Assembly: GCA_963822965.1 (NCBI GenBank)
Contig: CAWGJT010000013.1
Span: 32,001 to 96,000 of the forward strand
Source: an uncultured delta proteobacterium
GTDB taxonomy: Bacteria > Myxococcota_A > UBA9160 > UBA4427
DNA length: 64,000 nt
Direction: 5' to 3'
Numbering within the stretch: position 1 is the first letter of the stretch; every line of letters begins with the position of its first letter. Shown here in pieces: positions 38,488 to 49,281 of the stretch. The position numbers and the translations under genes are program-made. The notes beneath the pieces were generated by a model. It saw nothing but the letters and a program-made list of their open reading frames with translations, did not search any database and had not been told where the DNA came from.

Positions 38488-41400
38488 ATGAGCCGCAGGG
38501 CTGCGAACAAGCCTTATCCCGACGTCGATCCCCAGCCCGACCTGCCGGCCCTCGAGCAGCGGATCCTGGACTCGTGGGAGCGGGACGGGACCTTCCAGAA
38601 GTCCATCGACCAGCGGCCCGCCGGCCCACGCGGCAGCAACGAGTTCGTCTTCTACGACGGACCGCCGTTCGCGAACGGGCTGCCCCACCACGGGCACCTG
38701 GTCACCGGCTACATCAAGGACATCATCCCCCGCTACCAGACCCTGCGCGGTCGCCGGGTGGAGCGCCGCTTCGGCTGGGACTGCCACGGCCTGCCCGTCG
38801 AGATGCTGGCCGAGAAGGAGCTCGGGGTGGCCGGCCACAAGGCCATCAGCGAGTACGGGATCGGGCGCTTCAACGAGTACTGCATGGCGTCGGTGTTCCG
38901 GTACACCGGCGAGTGGGAGCACTACGTCAAGCGCTCGGCGCGCTGGGTCGACTTCGAGAACGACTACAAGACCCTCGAGCTGCCCTACATGGAGAGCATC
39001 ATCTGGGCGGTGAAGCAGCTCCACGAGAAGGGGCTGCTCTACGAGGGCTACCGGGTGATGCCCTACTCGTGGGCGGCCCAGACGGTGCTCTCGAACTTCG
39101 AGACCCGCCTGGACGACGCCTATCGCGACCGCCAGGACCCGGCCGTCACGATCCGCTTCGCGCTGGTGCCCGAGCCGGGCGACGATCGCCCCACCGACCT
39201 GCTGGCCTGGACCACCACCCCCTGGACCCTGCCCTCGAACCTCGCCCTGGCCGTCGGGCCCGAGCTCGACTACGCGCTCTTCGAGCAGGACGGGCGCCGG
39301 GTGATCCTCGGCGAGGGAACCGTCGCGAAGTACGAGAAGGAGCTGGCCGGTGCCGCCCGGGTGGGCTCCGTGAAGGGCCGCGAGCTCGTCGGCCGTCGCT
39401 ACACGCCGCTGTTTCCCTTCTTCGCGAATACCGAGAACGCCTTCCGGGTACTCGCCGCCGGGTTCGTCGACACCGAGGAAGGAACGGGCGTCGTCCACAT
39501 GGCGCCGGGCTTCGGCGAGGACGACATGGAGGTGTGCAACGCGAACGACATCCCCACCGTCGTGCCCGTGGACGACGCGGGCTGCTTCACCGCCGAGGTA
39601 CCGCCCTGGCAGGGCGTCCAGGTGTTCGAGGCCAACAAGCCCATCATCCGCGACCTGCGCGACCGGGGCCTGCTCGTGCGTCACGAGACCTACACCCACA
39701 GCTATCCCCACTGCTGGCGCACCAACCAGCCGCTCATCTACAAGGCGATGAACTCCTGGTACGTCAAGGTGACGGCCATCCGCGACCGCGCCGTGGAGCT
39801 CAACCAGCAGATCAACTGGATTCCCGAGAACGTGAGGGACGGGCGCTTCGGGAAGTGGCTCGAGAACGCCATCGACTGGTCGATCTCGCGCAACCGCTTC
39901 TGGGGCACGCCGATCCCCGTGTGGAAGAGCGACGACCCGCGCTACCCGCGCGTCGACGTCTACGGCAGCCTCGACGAGATCGAGCGCGACTTCGGCCGCC
40001 GCCCGGTGAACCTGCACCGGCCGGACATCGACGAGTTCGTCCGGCCCAACCCGGACGACCCGACCGGCAAGAGCATGATGCGGCGCGTGCCGGAGGTGCT
40101 CGACTGCTGGTTCGAGTCGGGCTCCATGCCGTTCGCGCAGGTCCACTATCCCTTCGAGAACAAGGAGTGGTTCGAGAACCACTTCCCGGCGGACTTCGTC
40201 GTCGAGTACCTCGCCCAGACCCGCGGCTGGTTCTACACGATGCACGTCCTCGCCACCGCCCTCTTCGACCGTCCGGCCTTCGAGAACTCCATCTGTCATG
40301 GCGTGATCCTCGCCGAGGGCGGCCGCAAGCTCAGCAAGAGCCTGCGCAACTACGCCGATCCCGAGGACATCTTCCGGGAGGTGGGCTCCGACGCCCTGCG
40401 CTGGTTCCTGGTGTCCTCGCCGGTGGTGCGCGGCGGCGAGCTGACGCTCACCGCGGACGACCGGCAGGTGCGCGAGGCGGTGCGCGTCGTCATCCACCCG
40501 ATCTGGAACGCCTACTACTTCTTCTGCCTGTACGCGAACACCGACGGCATCCGGGCGAAGCTGCGGGCCGACAGCCCGCAGCTGCTCGACCGCTACATCC
40601 TCGCGAAGACGAGCGAGCTGGTGACGGGCCTCGCCGAGTCCCTCGACGCCTACGACCTGTCGGGCGCCTGCCAGCGCTTCGTCGCGCACCTCGACGCCCT
40701 CAACAACTGGTACATCCGCCGCAGCCGCGACCGCTTCTGGCGAGCCGCGCAGCCCGGCGACGCGGACAAGCAGGACGCCTACGACACCCTCTACACGGTG
40801 CTGGTGATGCTGTGCCGCGCGGTGAGCCCGCTCTTGCCGCTGGTCACCGAGGAGATCCATCGGGGCCTGACCGGAGAGGAGAGCGTGCACCTCTGCGACT
40901 GGCCCACGGAGCTCGACGGCGCCGCCGATCCCCGACTCGTCGCCGAGATGGACCGGGTGCGCGACGTCTGCTCGGCGGCCCTGGCCCTGCGCGCCAGCCA
41001 GAACGCGCGGGTGCGACAGCCCCTCGCCTCCCTCACGGTGGCCGGTGCCGGGACCGAAGCCCTCCGTCCCTACGCGGAGCTCATCACCGACGAGGTGAAC
41101 GTGAAGGCGCTGCACCTGACGGGCGAGATCGACGCGTACGCGAGCTTCCGCCTGCAGGTGAACGCGCGCACCGTCGGCCCGCGCCTGGGACCCGACATGA
41201 AGAAGGTGCTCGCGGCCGCCAAGGCCGGCTCCTGGAAGGTGCGGGGAGGCGGCGTCGTGGAGGTGGCGGGCTTCGAGCTGGCCGAGGGCGAGTACACGCT
41301 GCTCCTGCAGCCGAAGGAGGGCGTCGCCTGCGAGCCCCTGCCCACGAGCGACGCCATCGTCGTGCTCGACCTCGAGCTCACCCCGGATCTCGTCGCCGAG

Positions 41401-41670
41401 GGCCGGGCCCGGGACGTGGTGCGGGCGGTGCAGCAGGCCCGCAAGGACGCCGACCTCCACGTCTCCGACCGCATCCACCTGGCCCTGGACGTACCCGACG
41501 AGTGGCGGGCGGCGGTGGAGCAGTTCCGGGACACGGTGTGCGACCAGACCCTGGCCACCCGGCTCGACTTCTCCCACGACCTGGGAGCGCCCCTGTCCGT
41601 CCAGGAAGCCGTCCTCGGCGGGGAGAAGGTGCGGATCGGGGTGGCCCGCGAGGCGCCCCCCAGCCCCTGA
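38488..41670 (+). CDS. ileS: Isoleucine--tRNA ligase (type 2)
   Basis: FYDGPPFANGLPHHGH, GWDCHGLP, WTTTPWTLPSN, DWSISRNRFWGTP, KLSKS. Confidence 0.97.
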   Translation: MSRRAANKPYPDVDPQPDLPALEQRILDSWERDGTFQKSIDQRPAGPRGSNEFVFYDGPPFANGLPHHGHLVTGYIKDIIPRYQTLRGRRVERRFGWDCHGLPVEMLAEKELGVAGHKAISEYGIGRFNEYCMASVFRYTGEWEHYVKRSARWVDFENDYKTLELPYMESIIWAVKQLHEKGLLYEGYRVMPYSWAAQTVLSNFETRLDDAYRDRQDPAVTIRFALVPEPGDDRPTDLLAWTTTPWTLPSNLALAVGPELDYALFEQDGRRVILGEGTVAKYEKELAGAARVGSVKGRELVGRRYTPLFPFFANTENAFRVLAAGFVDTEEGTGVVHMAPGFGEDDMEVCNANDIPTVVPVDDAGCFTAEVPPWQGVQVFEANKPIIRDLRDRGLLVRHETYTHSYPHCWRTNQPLIYKAMNSWYVKVTAIRDRAVELNQQINWIPENVRDGRFGKWLENAIDWSISRNRFWGTPIPVWKSDDPRYPRVDVYGSLDEIERDFGRRPVNLHRPDIDEFVRPNPDDPTGKSMMRRVPEVLDCWFESGSMPFAQVHYPFENKEWFENHFPADFVVEYLAQTRGWFYTMHVLATALFDRPAFENSICHGVILAEGGRKLSKSLRNYADPEDIFREVGSDALRWFLVSSPVVRGGELTLTADDRQVREAVRVVIHPIWNAYYFFCLYANTDGIRAKLRADSPQLLDRYILAKTSELVTGLAESLDAYDLSGACQRFVAHLDALNNWYIRRSRDRFWRAAQPGDADKQDAYDTLYTVLVMLCRAVSPLLPLVTEEIHRGLTGEESVHLCDWPTELDGAADPRLVAEMDRVRDVCSAALALRASQNARVRQPLASLTVAGAGTEALRPYAELITDEVNVKALHLTGEIDAYASFRLQVNARTVGPRLGPDMKKVLAAAKAGSWKVRGGGVVEVAGFELAEGEYTLLLQPKEGVACEPLPTSDAIVVLDLELTPDLVAEGRARDVVRAVQQARKDADLHVSDRIHLALDVPDEWRAAVEQFRDTVCDQTLATRLDFSHDLGAPLSVQEAVLGGEKVRIGVAREAPPSP

Positions 41671-41739
41671 CGCGAATCCGCTTGACGGAGTCCGAGGCGC
41701 TCTGCGTAGAATCGCCGCGAAAGCCCAGGACGGGTGCGT

Positions 41740-42951
41740 ATGCGGCGGCGAAGGGTCCTTCGAGTGGCCTGGTGCACGGCAGTGCTGCTTCTGGCGGCGC
41801 TCGGCTGCAAGCCCCGTGTCCTCGTCGTGGGCCTCGACGGCGCGAGTTGGAAGATCATCGACCCGCTGATGGCGGCCGGCTACCTGCCGACGATGGAGGC
41901 GCTCACCCGGACGGGTGCCCGCGCCGACCTCGACTGCACCCCGGCGGATCCGGCCCACTCCTGCTTCTGCCCTCCCGTGTGGCAGTCGATCTTCACCGGC
42001 CAGCCCGCGCGCGTGCACGGGATCTTCAACTTCCCGCAGCTCTCCGGCGCGCGCCGCGCCGCGACGCTCTGGGATCTGACGCGGGCGTTCGGGGGCGAGA
42101 GCACCCTCTTCGACCTGCACAACACCTGGCCGCCGGACCGGAGCGCCGAGGTGGTCCTCAGCGAGCCCGGCGGAGAGATCCTCGCGGGAGTCCTGTACCA
42201 GATCGCGAATCCCGTCGTCTCGGGCGACGCCTTCGACGCGCCCTACACCTGGGCGAAGCCCTCGAACCTCTTCCAGCTGCTGGGGCTGGACGAGTTGCCC
42301 CAGGGCGGACCGACCTGGAAGACGATGGCGATGGATCGCCTGAGCGTGGAGATGCTCGCGCGCGTCGCGGGCGCCAAGCGCGACCGGGCCTGGTGGGAGC
42401 GGCGTCCGGAGCTCGACGTCATCCTGCTGCACTCCCCCGACCGCTCCATGCACATGACCTGGAACACGATCCAGCCCCACCCGGGCGACTCCATCGACGC
42501 CCCTCGCCTGCTGGCCATCGCGGCGGAGTGGACCGGCCCCTTCTACGGTCCGCCTCCCTACCAGTGGGACACCGTGGCTTCGCAGCTGCTGGAGGCGGAC
42601 CGGCACATCGCCACCCTGCTCGCCTCGGAGCAGTACGACTACGTGGTGCTGCTCAGCGATCACGGCATGGCGACCAACCCCGAGCAAGGCTTTCCGCGGG
42701 GCATCCACTCGGTCCCCGACTCCTTCACGGGCATCTTCCTGCTCTGGTCTCCGGGGATCGTGCGCTCGGGCGTCGACCTCGGCCGGCTGACCGTGCTCGA
42801 CGTCGCGCCCACCCTGGCCTACGTGCTGGGCATCCCGTTGGCCGACGACCTGCCGGGCCACTTCGTCGCCGAAGCCTTCGAGCCCGTCGTCCTGCAGGCG
42901 GTGCCGCCCCGCCGGATCGCGAGCTGGCAGCCCTACCTGCTCCTGCACTGA
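41740..42951 (+). CDS. AlkP-superfamily phosphodiesterase-like lipoprotein
   Basis: Lipobox ALGC, VVGLDGAS, CPPVWQSIFTG, PDRSMH, LSDHG, DVAPTL. Confidence 0.8.
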   Translation: MRRRRVLRVAWCTAVLLLAALGCKPRVLVVGLDGASWKIIDPLMAAGYLPTMEALTRTGARADLDCTPADPAHSCFCPPVWQSIFTGQPARVHGIFNFPQLSGARRAATLWDLTRAFGGESTLFDLHNTWPPDRSAEVVLSEPGGEILAGVLYQIANPVVSGDAFDAPYTWAKPSNLFQLLGLDELPQGGPTWKTMAMDRLSVEMLARVAGAKRDRAWWERRPELDVILLHSPDRSMHMTWNTIQPHPGDSIDAPRLLAIAAEWTGPFYGPPPYQWDTVASQLLEADRHIATLLASEQYDYVVLLSDHGMATNPEQGFPRGIHSVPDSFTGIFLLWSPGIVRSGVDLGRLTVLDVAPTLAYVLGIPLADDLPGHFVAEAFEPVVLQAVPPRRIASWQPYLLLH

Positions 42952-43060
42952 TCCCGATCCAGCCGTTCCGGGCGTCGCCCCGGGGTGCGGAGGCGAGCCC
43001 GGCGCGAGCCGGTATGCTCGCAGCCGGAGACGACTTCAGAGTGGATGAGCGGTGAGCGGA

Positions 43061-43958
43061 ATGAAGATCCACGTGCTCGGCTCGAGCGCCGGTGGCGGGC
43101 TGCCCCAGTGGAACTGCGGCGGCGAGTACTCGACCCGGGCCCGGCACGGCGACGAGGACGTGCCCCGGCGCAGCCAGCCCTCCATCGCGGTGTCGGCGGA
43201 CGGGGTGCGCTGGTGCCTCGTGAACGCCAGCCCCGACGTGCGCGACCAGCTCGCCGTCGTTCCCGGGCCTCCATCCCCGGGAAGGCACGCGCGACATCCC
43301 GCTCGATACCGTGGTCGTCACCAACGCCGACCTCGACCACAGCCTGGGCCTGCTGGTGATGCGCGAGTCGCTCCCCTACCGCATCGTCACCACGCCCTGG
43401 GTGCGCCGGGCGATCCTGGAGCACAACGCCGCCTGGCGGCTGGTCGAGCCCGCCTGGGGCGTCGTGAAGCTCGACCAGCCCTTCCCCCTCGATCGCGACG
43501 GCTTCCTGGAGGCGCGGCTCTTCCCGGTGCCCGGCAAGGTGCCCGGCTACCTGTCCGCCCTGGAGAAGAACTCGCCCGAGGCCACGGTGGGCGTGCGCAT
43601 CACCGACACGCGCACCGGAAAGCGGCTCTGGCTATGCGGCCGGGCATCCAGGCCTACGACTCGGGCACCCTGGCCGAGCTCTCGGCGGCCGACGTCCGCT
43701 TCGTCGACGGCACCTTCTTCACCGCGAAGGAGCTGCTCGCGCTGCGCCCGGGCGCCGCCGACGCCCACGCCATGGGCCACCTGCCGATGGGCGGCCCCGG
43801 CGGCAGCCTCGAGATCGTCTCCGAGCTGCCCGGGCGCACGTTCTACATCCACATGAACAACACGAACCCGATGCTGGACGCGGGCGTCCGAGGCGGCGCG
43901 CGCGGTGCGCGCGCGCGGTGTCGAGATCGCCTGGGACGGCCTGGAGATCGAGCTGTGA
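43061..43958 (+). CDS. pqqB: PQQ biosynthesis protein B (several indels)
   Basis: MKIHVLGSSAGGGLPQWNC, VNASPD, TNADLDH, DGTFF, MGHLP, IHMNNTNP, split across frames. Confidence 0.9.
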
Positions 43959-44924
43959 GCGGGGACGCACCCCTGTCCGCCGACGACTTCGCGGCGGCCC
44001 TTCGAGCCGTGGGCGAGGAGCGCTACCACCACCGCCATCCCTTCAACGTGCGCATGCACGAGGGCCGGCTCTCCCGGCGGAGATCCAGACCTGGGTGGCC
44101 AACCGCTACTACTACCAGACCCGCATCCCGATCAAGGACGGCCTGATCCTCACCAAGTCGCCCGAGGCGGCGTTCCGGCGCGAGTGGGTGCAGCGCATCC
44201 ACGACCACGACGGCGCGCGCCCCGGCGAGGGCGGGCTCGAGCTGTGGCTGCAGCTCGCAGAGGCGGTGGGGCTCGAGCGCGAGCGCGTGGAGCGCCTGGA
44301 AGGCGTGCTGCCCGGCGTGCGCCGGGCCTGCGACGCCTACGTGGAATTCGTCCAGGGACACGACCTGCTGGAGTCGGTGGCCTCGTCGCTCACCGAGCTC
44401 TTCGCCGGATTCATCATGCACACGCGCATCGCCGCGTTCGAGAAGCACTACGCCTGGGTGAAGCCCGCCGGCCTCGACTACTTCCGCAGCCGCACCCAGC
44501 AGGCGCCGAAGGACTCGCCGGTACGGACTCGCCTTCGTGCAGCGAGCACGCCCGCAGCGCGCGAGGAGCAGGAGCGCTGCGCTGGCGGCGCTGCGACGGA
44601 AGTGCGAGATCCTCTGGAGCCTGCTCGACGCGGTGGAGCGCGCCACCTCGCGCCCGGCCCTGGTGCCCCATGCGCTGCGTGCGCGACGAGGCGGACGGCT
44701 CCCAGGTGGTGGTCCTCTCCGAGCGCGCCGTGCGGGTGGGCGGAAGCGGCCGGGAGATCCTCGCCCTGTGCGACGGCGCACGCACGGGGAGCGACGTGGC
44801 CCGGGCGATGGCCGCGCGACACCCCGACGAGGCGGGCGTCGAGGACGCGGTGCACGACTTCCTCGAGGAGATGGCCCGCGCGGGCGTCCTGCGCTTCGAC
44901 CCCGAGCCGCCGGAAGCGAGCTGA
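43955..44924 (+). CDS. pqqC: PqqC fused to PqqD (several indels)
   Basis: YHHRHPF, WVANRYYYQTRIPIKDG, RIHDHDG, SSLTELFA, KCEILWSLLDAV, continuing without a stop into a PqqD-like segment (EILALCDGART...DAVHDFL). Confidence 0.8.
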
Positions 44925-44929
44925 GCCGC

Positions 44930-46020
44930 GTGGCGCCGCGTCCCCTGAACCTGATCGCCGAGCTCACCTACCGCTGTCCCCTGCGCTGTCCCTACTGCTC
45001 GAACCCGGTGGGCTACGAGCGCACGAAGGACGCCCTGGACGCCGACGCGTGGGGGCGCGTGATCCACGAGGCCGCGGCGCTGGGCGTGCTGCACGTGGGC
45101 CTCACCGGCGGAGAGCCCAGCGTGCGGCACGACCTCGAGGCGATCGTCGCGTCCGCCGCGGCAGCGCGGCCTCTTCACCCACCTGGTGACCGCCGGAACC
45201 CCCGTCGACGCGGACCGCCTCGCGGGGCTGGCCCGGGCCGGCCTGCGCAGCGTGCAGCTCTCGATCCAGGACGCCACGCCCGAGGCCTCGGACCGCATCG
45301 CCGGAACGCCTTCGTTCGAGCGCAAGCTCGCCCTGGCCCGCGCCACGCGGGCGCTGGGACTGCCCCTGGTGCTGAACGTCGTGCTCCACCGCCACAACCT
45401 GGGCCGCGTGCGCGAGATCATCGAGCTGGCGCGCCAGCTCGATGCCGAGCGCCTCGAGCTGGCGAACACCCAGTACCACGGCTGGGCGCTCGAGAACCGC
45501 GCGGCGCTGCTGCCGTCGCGCGAGCAGCTCGACGACGCCGCAAGGGTCGTGCGCGAGCGAGCGCGGCCGGCCCGGCCCCGAGATCCTCTACGTGCTGCCC
45601 GACTACTTCGCCGATCGGCCGAAGCCCTGCATGGGAGGCTGGGGACGGAAGAACCTGGTGGTGGCCCCCGACGGCACCGTGCTGCCCTGTCAGGCCGCCG
45701 CGAGCCTGCCCGGTCTCGAGTTCTGGCGCGTGGACGAGCACTCCCTCGCGGCCTGCTGGGCGGACGCCCCGGGCATGAACGCCTATCGCGGCGAGGCCTG
45801 GATGCCCGAGCCCTGCCGCAGCTGCGAGCAGCGCACGGTGGACTTCGGCGGCTGCCGCTGCCAGGCCTTCCAGCTGACCGGCGACGCGGCGCGCACCGAC
45901 CCGGCGTGCGTTCTGGCGCCCGATCACGGGCTCGTGGTGGCCGCGCGCGGGGAGGGCTCCGCCGCCGGAAAGCGTGATGCAGATCGCACTTTCCGGCACC
46001 GCGGACCGACGCGCAACTGA
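44930..46020 (+). CDS. pqqE: PQQ biosynthesis radical SAM protein E (two frameshifts)
   Basis: AELTYRCPLRCPYCSNP, ELANTQYHGWA, KPCMGGWG, FGGCRCQA. Confidence 0.9.
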
Positions 46021-46152
46021 CGCCACAAGGGCTTTCTCCCACTCGGTTTTTCCCTCAGGCGCCGAGGCGGTGTGACGGCTACCGTCAAGCCTGCCTCCCG
46101 CTGGCCGAATAGAGCCTTGGAACGCGGCGATTCCGCGCGGTGAGGATTCCCC

Positions 46153-47004
46153 ATGCAAGCCGACCAGCCGTCCCCGTCGATCCGCTCCGGGCGCGCCACG
46201 CGCGTCCGCGTCGAGCGATCGTTCCGCAACGTCCTGCGCCGCTTCGTGGTGCTGGCCGCCGGCCTGATGCTCGTGCTGCCCGCGATCGCCTCGGCCCAGC
46301 AGAGGCGGGTGGTGCAGATGCGCCCGGTGGAGCCGACCCCGACCGAGACCGTGACCGTGGACGACGACCCCTTCGACCGCTCCGGCTTCTACGTCGGGCT
46401 GGGTGGCTCCTACCAGTTCAACCCGTTCAACAGCAAGATCGAGAGTCTCATCGAGGACGCCCTCGATGACGAGATCGGCCCCGGCGCGAACGTCAAGGCC
46501 GACCTCGGCGACTCGGGCGGCGTGAACGCCACGGTGGGCTATCGCGCGTTCTCCTTCCTGGCCCTCGAGATCGAGTACGAGTGGATCGACCAGTACAAGA
46601 TCAAGGGCTCGACCGACACGCCGATCCCCGTCTCGGGCGATCTCTACAGCATCGAGGGCCACACCCTCACCGCCAACACCAAGTGGATCATCCCCTTCTG
46701 GCGCATCCAGCCCTACCTGCTGATCGGCGGAGGCATCGCCATCTCCGACGTGAATCGCGGGAGCCTCTACGACAACGCCGCCATCGCCGCCGTCCTCGAC
46801 AGCGCGGGAATCGACGTCCAGGGCGGCACGCACACGAACGCGGCCGCCCGAGCCGGCCTCGGCCTCGACCTCTACATCACCGAGCACATCGTGGTGAACG
46901 GCGAGGCGTCCACGGTGCTGACGACCCTCAAGGAGCCCGATCTCGGCGACATCGAAGACCTGAACTACATCTCGTTCAGCGCCGGGATGCAGTACCGCTT
47001 CTGA
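46153..47004 (+). CDS. Outer-membrane beta-barrel protein (OmpA-TM/porin-like)
   Basis: Signal peptide, GFYVGLGG, QPYLLIGGG, terminal MQYRF. Confidence 0.82.
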   Translation: MQADQPSPSIRSGRATRVRVERSFRNVLRRFVVLAAGLMLVLPAIASAQQRRVVQMRPVEPTPTETVTVDDDPFDRSGFYVGLGGSYQFNPFNSKIESLIEDALDDEIGPGANVKADLGDSGGVNATVGYRAFSFLALEIEYEWIDQYKIKGSTDTPIPVSGDLYSIEGHTLTANTKWIIPFWRIQPYLLIGGGIAISDVNRGSLYDNAAIAAVLDSAGIDVQGGTHTNAAARAGLGLDLYITEHIVVNGEASTVLTTLKEPDLGDIEDLNYISFSAGMQYRF

Positions 47005-47007
47005 GCG

Positions 47008-47066
47008 GTCAGCGCCCCGCTGGGGCGCTGACTTGCAACCTGAGGACAACGCTGAGCGTTGTCCTC
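47008..47066. terminator. Two hairpins between convergent genes (terminator-like)
   Basis: GTCAGCGCCCC-gct-GGGGCGCTGAC and GAGGACAACGCT-g-AGCGTTGTCCTC; no clear U-tract. Confidence 0.5.
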
Positions 47067-47102
47067 TCAGGAGCCGGTGGCCTTACCGAGCGGCGCCGCC
47101 GC

Positions 47103-47904
47103 TCAGTCCCCCAGGAACTTTCGCGTCGCCTCGAGGACGGCCTCGGTCTGCTCGTAGGGCGCCATGTGGCCCGCCGCCTCCACCCAGGCGATGCGCGCCG
47201 ACGGCAGCAGCTCCTGCCAGCGCTCCGCGTAGATCGGCGGGATGAAGCGGTCCTCGCGCCCCCAGACGAGCAGGGTGTCCGCGGTCTGCCGGTAGAGACG
47301 CTTCGAGAGCCGCCGGTTCGGGATCGGGAAGAGGATCTTGCCCGCCGTCCCCAGCCGGCGCGCGTTGCCCACCAGGAAGTCCTGCAAGGCCTCGAGGTTC
47401 GAGAAGTCGAGCCCCCGGGTGAGGAGCTTCTCGCCGGCCTTCGGGTCGTGGAAGAGCGCCTGGGCCAGCTCGAAGGGCAGCATCGAGAACAGGTCCGGAA
47501 TGGGATGGTCGTCGAGCCAGAGTCCGGCCGGGCAGACCAGCACCAGCCGCGACAGGCCGCGGGGGTTCAGGCACGCCATCTCGGCGGCGATCATGCCGCC
47601 CATGGAGTGGCCCGATCAGGTGGGGCGGCGTCTTCCCGGGGCCCGCCAGGCCCAGCGCCTCCACCACGTCCCAGCCGTGGAGCGCGAAGTCGAGCATGTC
47701 CTCGATCCGGTCCTCGGTCTCCTGGCTGCCGTAGCCCGGCCACTCGGGGGCGTACACGTGGAAGCGCTCGGCCAGCCCCTCGAGCAGCGGCTCCTCGGGC
47801 TGCAGGCCGCCCGCTCCGTGCAGGAAGACCAGGGGCGGTCCCTCTCCCGTCTCGTGGAGCGTGAACGGAATGCCCTTGCGGGTCTCGACCACGCGCTCTC
47901 TCAT
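47103..47904 (-). CDS. Alpha/beta hydrolase (1-bp insertion near 47611)
   Basis: VFLHGAGG, PGYG, G-H-S-M-G restored by removing one G, WGREDR, AGHM. Confidence 0.85.
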
Positions 47905-49169
47905 CGCGAGCCTCCGAACGGGACGTCCCGCCGCGCGGCGTCGAGCCCGTCCTCGGGGCGCACGCGCTCGTCGTAGGGCTTGATCCACCAGCGGTCGTCG
48001 TCCTTCCACTCGGGCCACACGTCCTTCAGCTGGGGCATCACCTTCTCGGCGAAGAGCTTCGTCGAGTGGCGGGTCTTCCAGTCGGGCATGTTGCCGTTGT
48101 GCATCAGGCAGAAGACGTGACCGATGTGCAGCCCCTTGATCATGTGCTCCATGCGCTCGCGCACGGTGTCCGGGCTGCCGGCGATCACGTAGCCGCCCTC
48201 GACCAGGTCCTTCCAGGTGAGGCTCGAGAAGACCTTCTGGTTCTCGGCCCGCAGCTGGGAGAGCTTGCCCGCCTTGATGGTCTTGATGGTGCGGTAGCCC
48301 GGCGGCTCGGCGAAGCCGGGGAACACGTGCAGACAGCGGTTGTAGAAGTAGAGGACGTGCTCGGCGTAGAGCTCCTCGGCCTGCTGGTCGGTCTCGCCCA
48401 CGCAGATGATCTGGGCGAAGGCGGCGCGATACGGCGACTCGTCGACCCCCTTGGCCGCCACCCGCTCCCAGAAGCCGTCGAGCAGCGCCTGACCGGCCAC
48501 GTAGCCGCCGAAGGACAGGAACGAGTAGTTGTAGTCGTTGTCCACGCAGAAGTCCCAGGTCTCGATGGAGCCGCCGCCCGGGATGTAGATGGGCGGGTGG
48601 GGCTTCTGGATGGGCTTCGGCCAGCAGTTCACGTAGCGCAGCTGGTTGTACTTGCCGTCGAACGCGAAGGGCTCGTCCTCGGCCCATGCCCGCATGATGA
48701 GATCGTGGGCCTCGTAGTACTTGTCGCGCGTGAGCGCCGGAATCTGCCCGTAGCAGAAGTTCGTGTCCATCGGCGTGCCCACCGGGAAGCCCGCCACCAG
48801 CCGACCGCCGGAGATGACGTCGAGCATCGCGAACTCCTCGGCCACCCGGATCGGCGGGTTGTAGAGCGCGATCGAGTTGCCGATGACGCAGATGGCGGCA
48901 CGGGAGGTCCGGCGCGCCAGGCCCGCCGCGATGATGTTGGGCGAAGGCATGAGCCCGTAGCCGTTCTGGTGGTGCTCGTTCACGCCGATGCCGTCGTAGC
49001 CCAGGGCGTCCGCGTACTCCAGCTGGTCCATGTACTGGTGGTAGACGTGGTTGCCCCGCTTCGGGTCGTAGAGCGACTGGGGAATGTCGACCCACACCGA
49101 GCGGTTCTTCTCGCGGAAGTCGTCCGGCAGGTAGGGCCACGGCATGAGGTTGAACCAGGTGAACTTCAT
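47901..49169 (-). CDS. Luciferase-like (LLM) flavin-dependent oxidoreductase
   Basis: NEHHQ, PIRVAEEFAMLDVISGGRL, PKPIQKPHPPI, GSPDTV. Confidence 0.92.
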   Translation of the reverse strand: MKFTWFNLMPWPYLPDDFREKNRSVWVDIPQSLYDPKRGNHVYHQYMDQLEYADALGYDGIGVNEHHQNGYGLMPSPNIIAAGLARRTSRAAICVIGNSIALYNPPIRVAEEFAMLDVISGGRLVAGFPVGTPMDTNFCYGQIPALTRDKYYEAHDLIMRAWAEDEPFAFDGKYNQLRYVNCWPKPIQKPHPPIYIPGGGSIETWDFCVDNDYNYSFLSFGGYVAGQALLDGFWERVAAKGVDESPYRAAFAQIICVGETDQQAEELYAEHVLYFYNRCLHVFPGFAEPPGYRTIKTIKAGKLSQLRAENQKVFSSLTWKDLVEGGYVIAGSPDTVRERMEHMIKGLHIGHVFCLMHNGNMPDWKTRHSTKLFAEKVMPQLKDVWPEWKDDDRWWIKPYDERVRPEDGLDAARRDVPFGGSR

Positions 49170-49281
49170 GGGAGCTCTCCGTTGGGCGGTGCGACCTTCG
49201 GCGGGCCGCAGGACGTCCATGATGCCACTCCGGGCCGGGCGGCGCTTGCCGGCGCGCGGCCCGCTCTGCGATGCTCCCCGC

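Noticed and set aside
43014..43055. Short ORF MLAAGDDFRVDER upstream of pqqB as pqqA
   Set aside because: Lacks the ExxxY core and is too short.
38158..43055. Very long alternative-frame and antisense ORFs (1596 aa, 1493 aa; similar ones at 28528-32709 and 48066-51809)
   Set aside because: Shadows or upstream extensions of real genes caused by stop-codon scarcity in high-GC DNA; Arg/Gly/Pro-rich and without motifs.
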